A stretch of 64,000 nucleotides of DNA from Bdellovibrionota bacterium (lineage in GTDB: Bacteria; Bdellovibrionota; UBA1018; CAIPTA01; JAALKR01), in assembly GCA_965207455.1 (NCBI GenBank), contig CBDBMJ010000001.1:1312001-1376000 (forward strand), in the 5' to 3' direction. A program made the position numbers and the translations under genes. Positions within the stretch are counted from its first letter, which is position 1. Each line of letters begins with the position of its first letter. Positions 61,262 through 64,000 of this stretch are shown here, piece by piece. The notes beneath the pieces were generated by a model. It had not been told where the DNA came from and ran no database searches. It worked only from the letters and a program-made list of their open reading frames with translations.

Positions 61262-62384
61262 GGTATTCCATCGCCCTTTCCAAAGCCTCTCCCAATTGTT
61301 TTATTTCAAGGCAGGTTTGTTTCCAATGAATGGTTATGCGAAGCCTTGCTGTTCCCGTGGGAACGGTGGGAGCTCGAATAGCTCGAACGTCGAAGTGTTC
61401 TTTTTGTAAAAACTTTGCCACTTGAATGGCTCTTTGATTGTCATACAACATAATGGGAATAATGGGAGATGCAGGCGTGGCTTGTGAAAATATGGATTTC
61501 GCAAAATCTATTTTTTCTAACAACTCTTCCCTACGCCAAGGTTCTTTATCCACCAGCAAAAGAACTTCTCTCACAGCTCTTGTCAATAATGGCGAAGGGG
61601 CTGTTGTATAAATAAACGATCGAGCTGCATTCACAAGGTAATTCCGTACCATGGCAGAACTTGCAATAAAGCACCCTCCAATACCCAAAGCCTTACCACA
61701 GGTATGAACAGTAATAATATTCTCGTCTCTGGGAAGCTTTTCCCAAAGACCTCTACCAGTGGGACCATATATTCCCGTGGCATGAGCCTCATCTATCACC
61801 AGCATAGTGTTTTCTTTTTTTGCTAAATTGTATAAGTCTTTCAAGGGAGCAAAGTCACCATCCATACTATAGAGACTTTCCACAGCTAACCAAATATCCT
61901 TAACCCCATCATTCCTTGCTTTTTTTATGACATCCTCAAACGCTTGAACATCGTTATGGGGAACGGTTACCCAAGAGGCATGGGAAGCTCTAGCCCCTTC
62001 CTTTATACTCGCATGAATATTTCTATCTCCAATAACCATTCCCTTTCGAGAGGGAAGAGTGGAAAACAAAGCATGGTTTGCTAAAAAACCAGAGGAAAAA
62101 AATAGGGCTGCCTCGCTGTGAAAAAATTTTTCAGCTTCCTCTTCTGCCCGTTCATGCTCCAAAGTATTTCCTCGTAAAAGACGGGAGGCTCCACTACCCA
62201 GAGGAATACCATCCTCTAGGGCTTCTATCAATTTTTTTTGAATATGGGGATGGGAGGAAAAAGAAAGATAGTCATTAGAAGAAAAGTCTATTCCCTTAGG
62301 GGAACTTAGCTCTCTCCAAGTGTCTTGCTGCTTCCAGTAAGCAAACTTTTCTTGGATATGCTCTTGATTAAGAAGATAGTCCAT
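61248..62384 (-). CDS. bioF: 8-amino-7-oxononanoate synthase
   Basis: FSSNDYL, GSGASRLL, SMDGD, DEAH, TCGKALG, IRAPTVP. Confidence 0.95.
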   Translation of the reverse strand: MDYLLNQEHIQEKFAYWKQQDTWRELSSPKGIDFSSNDYLSFSSHPHIQKKLIEALEDGIPLGSGASRLLRGNTLEHERAEEEAEKFFHSEAALFFSSGFLANHALFSTLPSRKGMVIGDRNIHASIKEGARASHASWVTVPHNDVQAFEDVIKKARNDGVKDIWLAVESLYSMDGDFAPLKDLYNLAKKENTMLVIDEAHATGIYGPTGRGLWEKLPRDENIITVHTCGKALGIGGCFIASSAMVRNYLVNAARSFIYTTAPSPLLTRAVREVLLLVDKEPWRREELLEKIDFAKSIFSQATPASPIIPIMLYDNQRAIQVAKFLQKEHFDVRAIRAPTVPTGTARLRITIHWKQTCLEIKQLGEALERAMEYHGVQ

Positions 62385-63354
62385 GGGCTGTTACAGTGGG
62401 ATTAGGGGCTTGGGGTTGTAAACCAAAGCTATGGAGCATTTTTCTATCCACATCCTCGCTAGGGTTAGATGTTGTCAATAGTTTATCTCCGGTAAAAATA
62501 GAGTTTGCTCCTGCTAAAAAGGCTAGCCCTTGGATTTCTTGGGAAAGGGAAAGCCTCCCTGCACTCAATCGTACCTTTGCCTTTGGCATTAAAACCCTTG
62601 CCACTGCAATGGATCGCACCCACTCCATAGGCTCTAAAACATCTATTCCCTCTAAGGGGGTTCCATCCACGGGCACTAATTTATTAATAGGCACACTCTC
62701 GGGCTGAGGATTTAGGTTCGCCAACGTTTGGAGAAGTTTTATGCGATCCTCTTCGCTCTCTCCCATTCCAATAATGCCACCACAACAAACAGAGATATTA
62801 GCAGCAGCAACGTTTTGTACTGTTTGTACCCGATCTTGAAATCTACGGGTTTGAATAATTTTTTCATAGTGCTCTTCCGACGTATCAAAGTTATGGTTAT
62901 AGGCCGTAAGTCCTGCTTCCTTCAATCGTCGGGCTTGACTCAAGGTCAACATTCCCAAGGTACAACAAACTTCTAAGCCTAAGTTTCCCACAGCAGAAAC
63001 CATTTCCAGTACGGATTCAAACTCATGGTTATCTTTTACCTCTCTCCAAGCGGCTCCCATACAAAAACGGGTACTTCCATTTTCTTTTGCTTTTTCCGCT
63101 GCTTTTAAAACTTCTGGCACTTCCATGAGTTTTTCTTTTTCTAAACCAGTTTTATAGTGGGCAGATTGGGGACAGTAGGAGCAGTTTTCAGGACAGCCTC
63201 CTGTTTTAATGGAAAGCAGGGTGCAGAGCTGCACCTCTTTAGGGTTATGGTATTTTCGATGTACAGTGGCTGCCTCGTAAATTAAATCTAAAATAGGCTT
63301 ACTGTATAGAGCTTCCACTTCTGAAAAACCCCAATCTTGACGAATTGAAGACAT
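62368..63354 (-). CDS. bioB: Biotin synthase
   Basis: CPENCSYCPQ radical SAM motif, YNHN, ESVPIN, GANSIF. Confidence 0.97.
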   Translation of the reverse strand: MSSIRQDWGFSEVEALYSKPILDLIYEAATVHRKYHNPKEVQLCTLLSIKTGGCPENCSYCPQSAHYKTGLEKEKLMEVPEVLKAAEKAKENGSTRFCMGAAWREVKDNHEFESVLEMVSAVGNLGLEVCCTLGMLTLSQARRLKEAGLTAYNHNFDTSEEHYEKIIQTRRFQDRVQTVQNVAAANISVCCGGIIGMGESEEDRIKLLQTLANLNPQPESVPINKLVPVDGTPLEGIDVLEPMEWVRSIAVARVLMPKAKVRLSAGRLSLSQEIQGLAFLAGANSIFTGDKLLTTSNPSEDVDRKMLHSFGLQPQAPNPTVTAHGLSS

Positions 63355-63367
63355 AAATTATCCTAAC

Positions 63368-63943
63368 TTAAAAATCGGCCTCATAGCCATCTGGAAGTAA
63401 GTCCCAGTTGACACCATAGACGTGAATTTTTTTTGTTTCTTGTCCATCTTTATAAAAAGGAAAACCCGCGTGGGCCCATCCCAAAGAAGCTGCAAATAGA
63501 TTCTTTATCTTACCGTCATTTTTGTGCTCGTCGGCATATATACCCGAACGATAGCCTATCGTACAATAGGTTATGAGAGTCTTTCCTGAATACTTATCTT
63601 TATTCGCTTTATACTCTTCCACTGTAATCGCCCCTTGGATCATGGACACTGCCTGCTCCTTGGGTGTGCGCACATCTATGAAAACAGCTTTTTCCTGCTG
63701 CCAAAGTTCTAGGGCTTCTCGCGGCGAAATATCCTCAACTTCGGGAAATTTCTTTTTATAATTACAATACATCTCAATCACCTTCTCTTTTTTAGTGACT
63801 GACTCGCTGGGCAAATTATTACAATTGCTCATCTCCACATTTTCTCCTCCTGCTATAGGTTTATTCTCTTCTGCAATACAATTCATGAAGTATTGACTGT
63901 ACGCAACAATACCTAAAACAAACACTAATGCAGTTATTTTCAT
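63368..63943 (-). CDS. Rhodanese-like domain protein with N-terminal signal/TM
   Basis: IDVRT..E..VSMIQGA, YCTIGYRS active-site loop. Confidence 0.85.
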   Translation of the reverse strand: MKITALVFVLGIVAYSQYFMNCIAEENKPIAGGENVEMSNCNNLPSESVTKKEKVIEMYCNYKKKFPEVEDISPREALELWQQEKAVFIDVRTPKEQAVSMIQGAITVEEYKANKDKYSGKTLITYCTIGYRSGIYADEHKNDGKIKNLFAASLGWAHAGFPFYKDGQETKKIHVYGVNWDLLPDGYEADF

Positions 63944-64000
63944 AATCCCCCCTGTTCACCTTATATAGTATTGTTGTCTATTTGGGTATTATTTTTTTCT

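Noticed and set aside
63944..64000. BirA operator upstream of the biotin operon
   Set aside because: Only one imperfect half-site (GGTGAACA) and no matching arm.

Overview
Bacterial chromosomal window, probably Bdellovibrionota/Oligoflexia-like. That placement is an inference from pilin-like, CxxC-bearing and TraF/PorV-like secreted proteins. The housekeeping backbone is glmU-glmS, rnc-era-der-ribDE-ribBA-ribH, murJ, coaD, ahpC, pal-cpoB, ftsY, queC, hisC-cmk-GT9-rfaE1 and bioBFDA. Three accessory loci stand out. (1) An AT-rich ~17 kb island directly after glmS carries an SspABCD-type DNA phosphorothioation module with no sspE. It is followed by a PT-associated methyltransferase, a stand-alone PLD nuclease, two hidden TerB-like genes, an SF2 helicase, a MORC/GHKL ATPase, and a small protein + CxC SMC-like ATPase + Dnd-associated protein triad resembling archaeal PbeBCD. 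This is a candidate hybrid anti-phage system. (2) A ~2.9 kb tandem duplication after rfaE1 encodes secreted proteins with a constant N-terminus and divergent HExxH metallopeptidase C-termini, bracketed by a conserved copy of the rfaE1 3' end. (3) The biotin operon ends in a ferritin-like diiron gene rather than bioC/bioH/bioW. Several genes, including glmS, carry small indels, mostly in homopolymer runs, which are probably sequencing errors. No rRNA, tRNA, CRISPR array, integrase or transposase was recognised.
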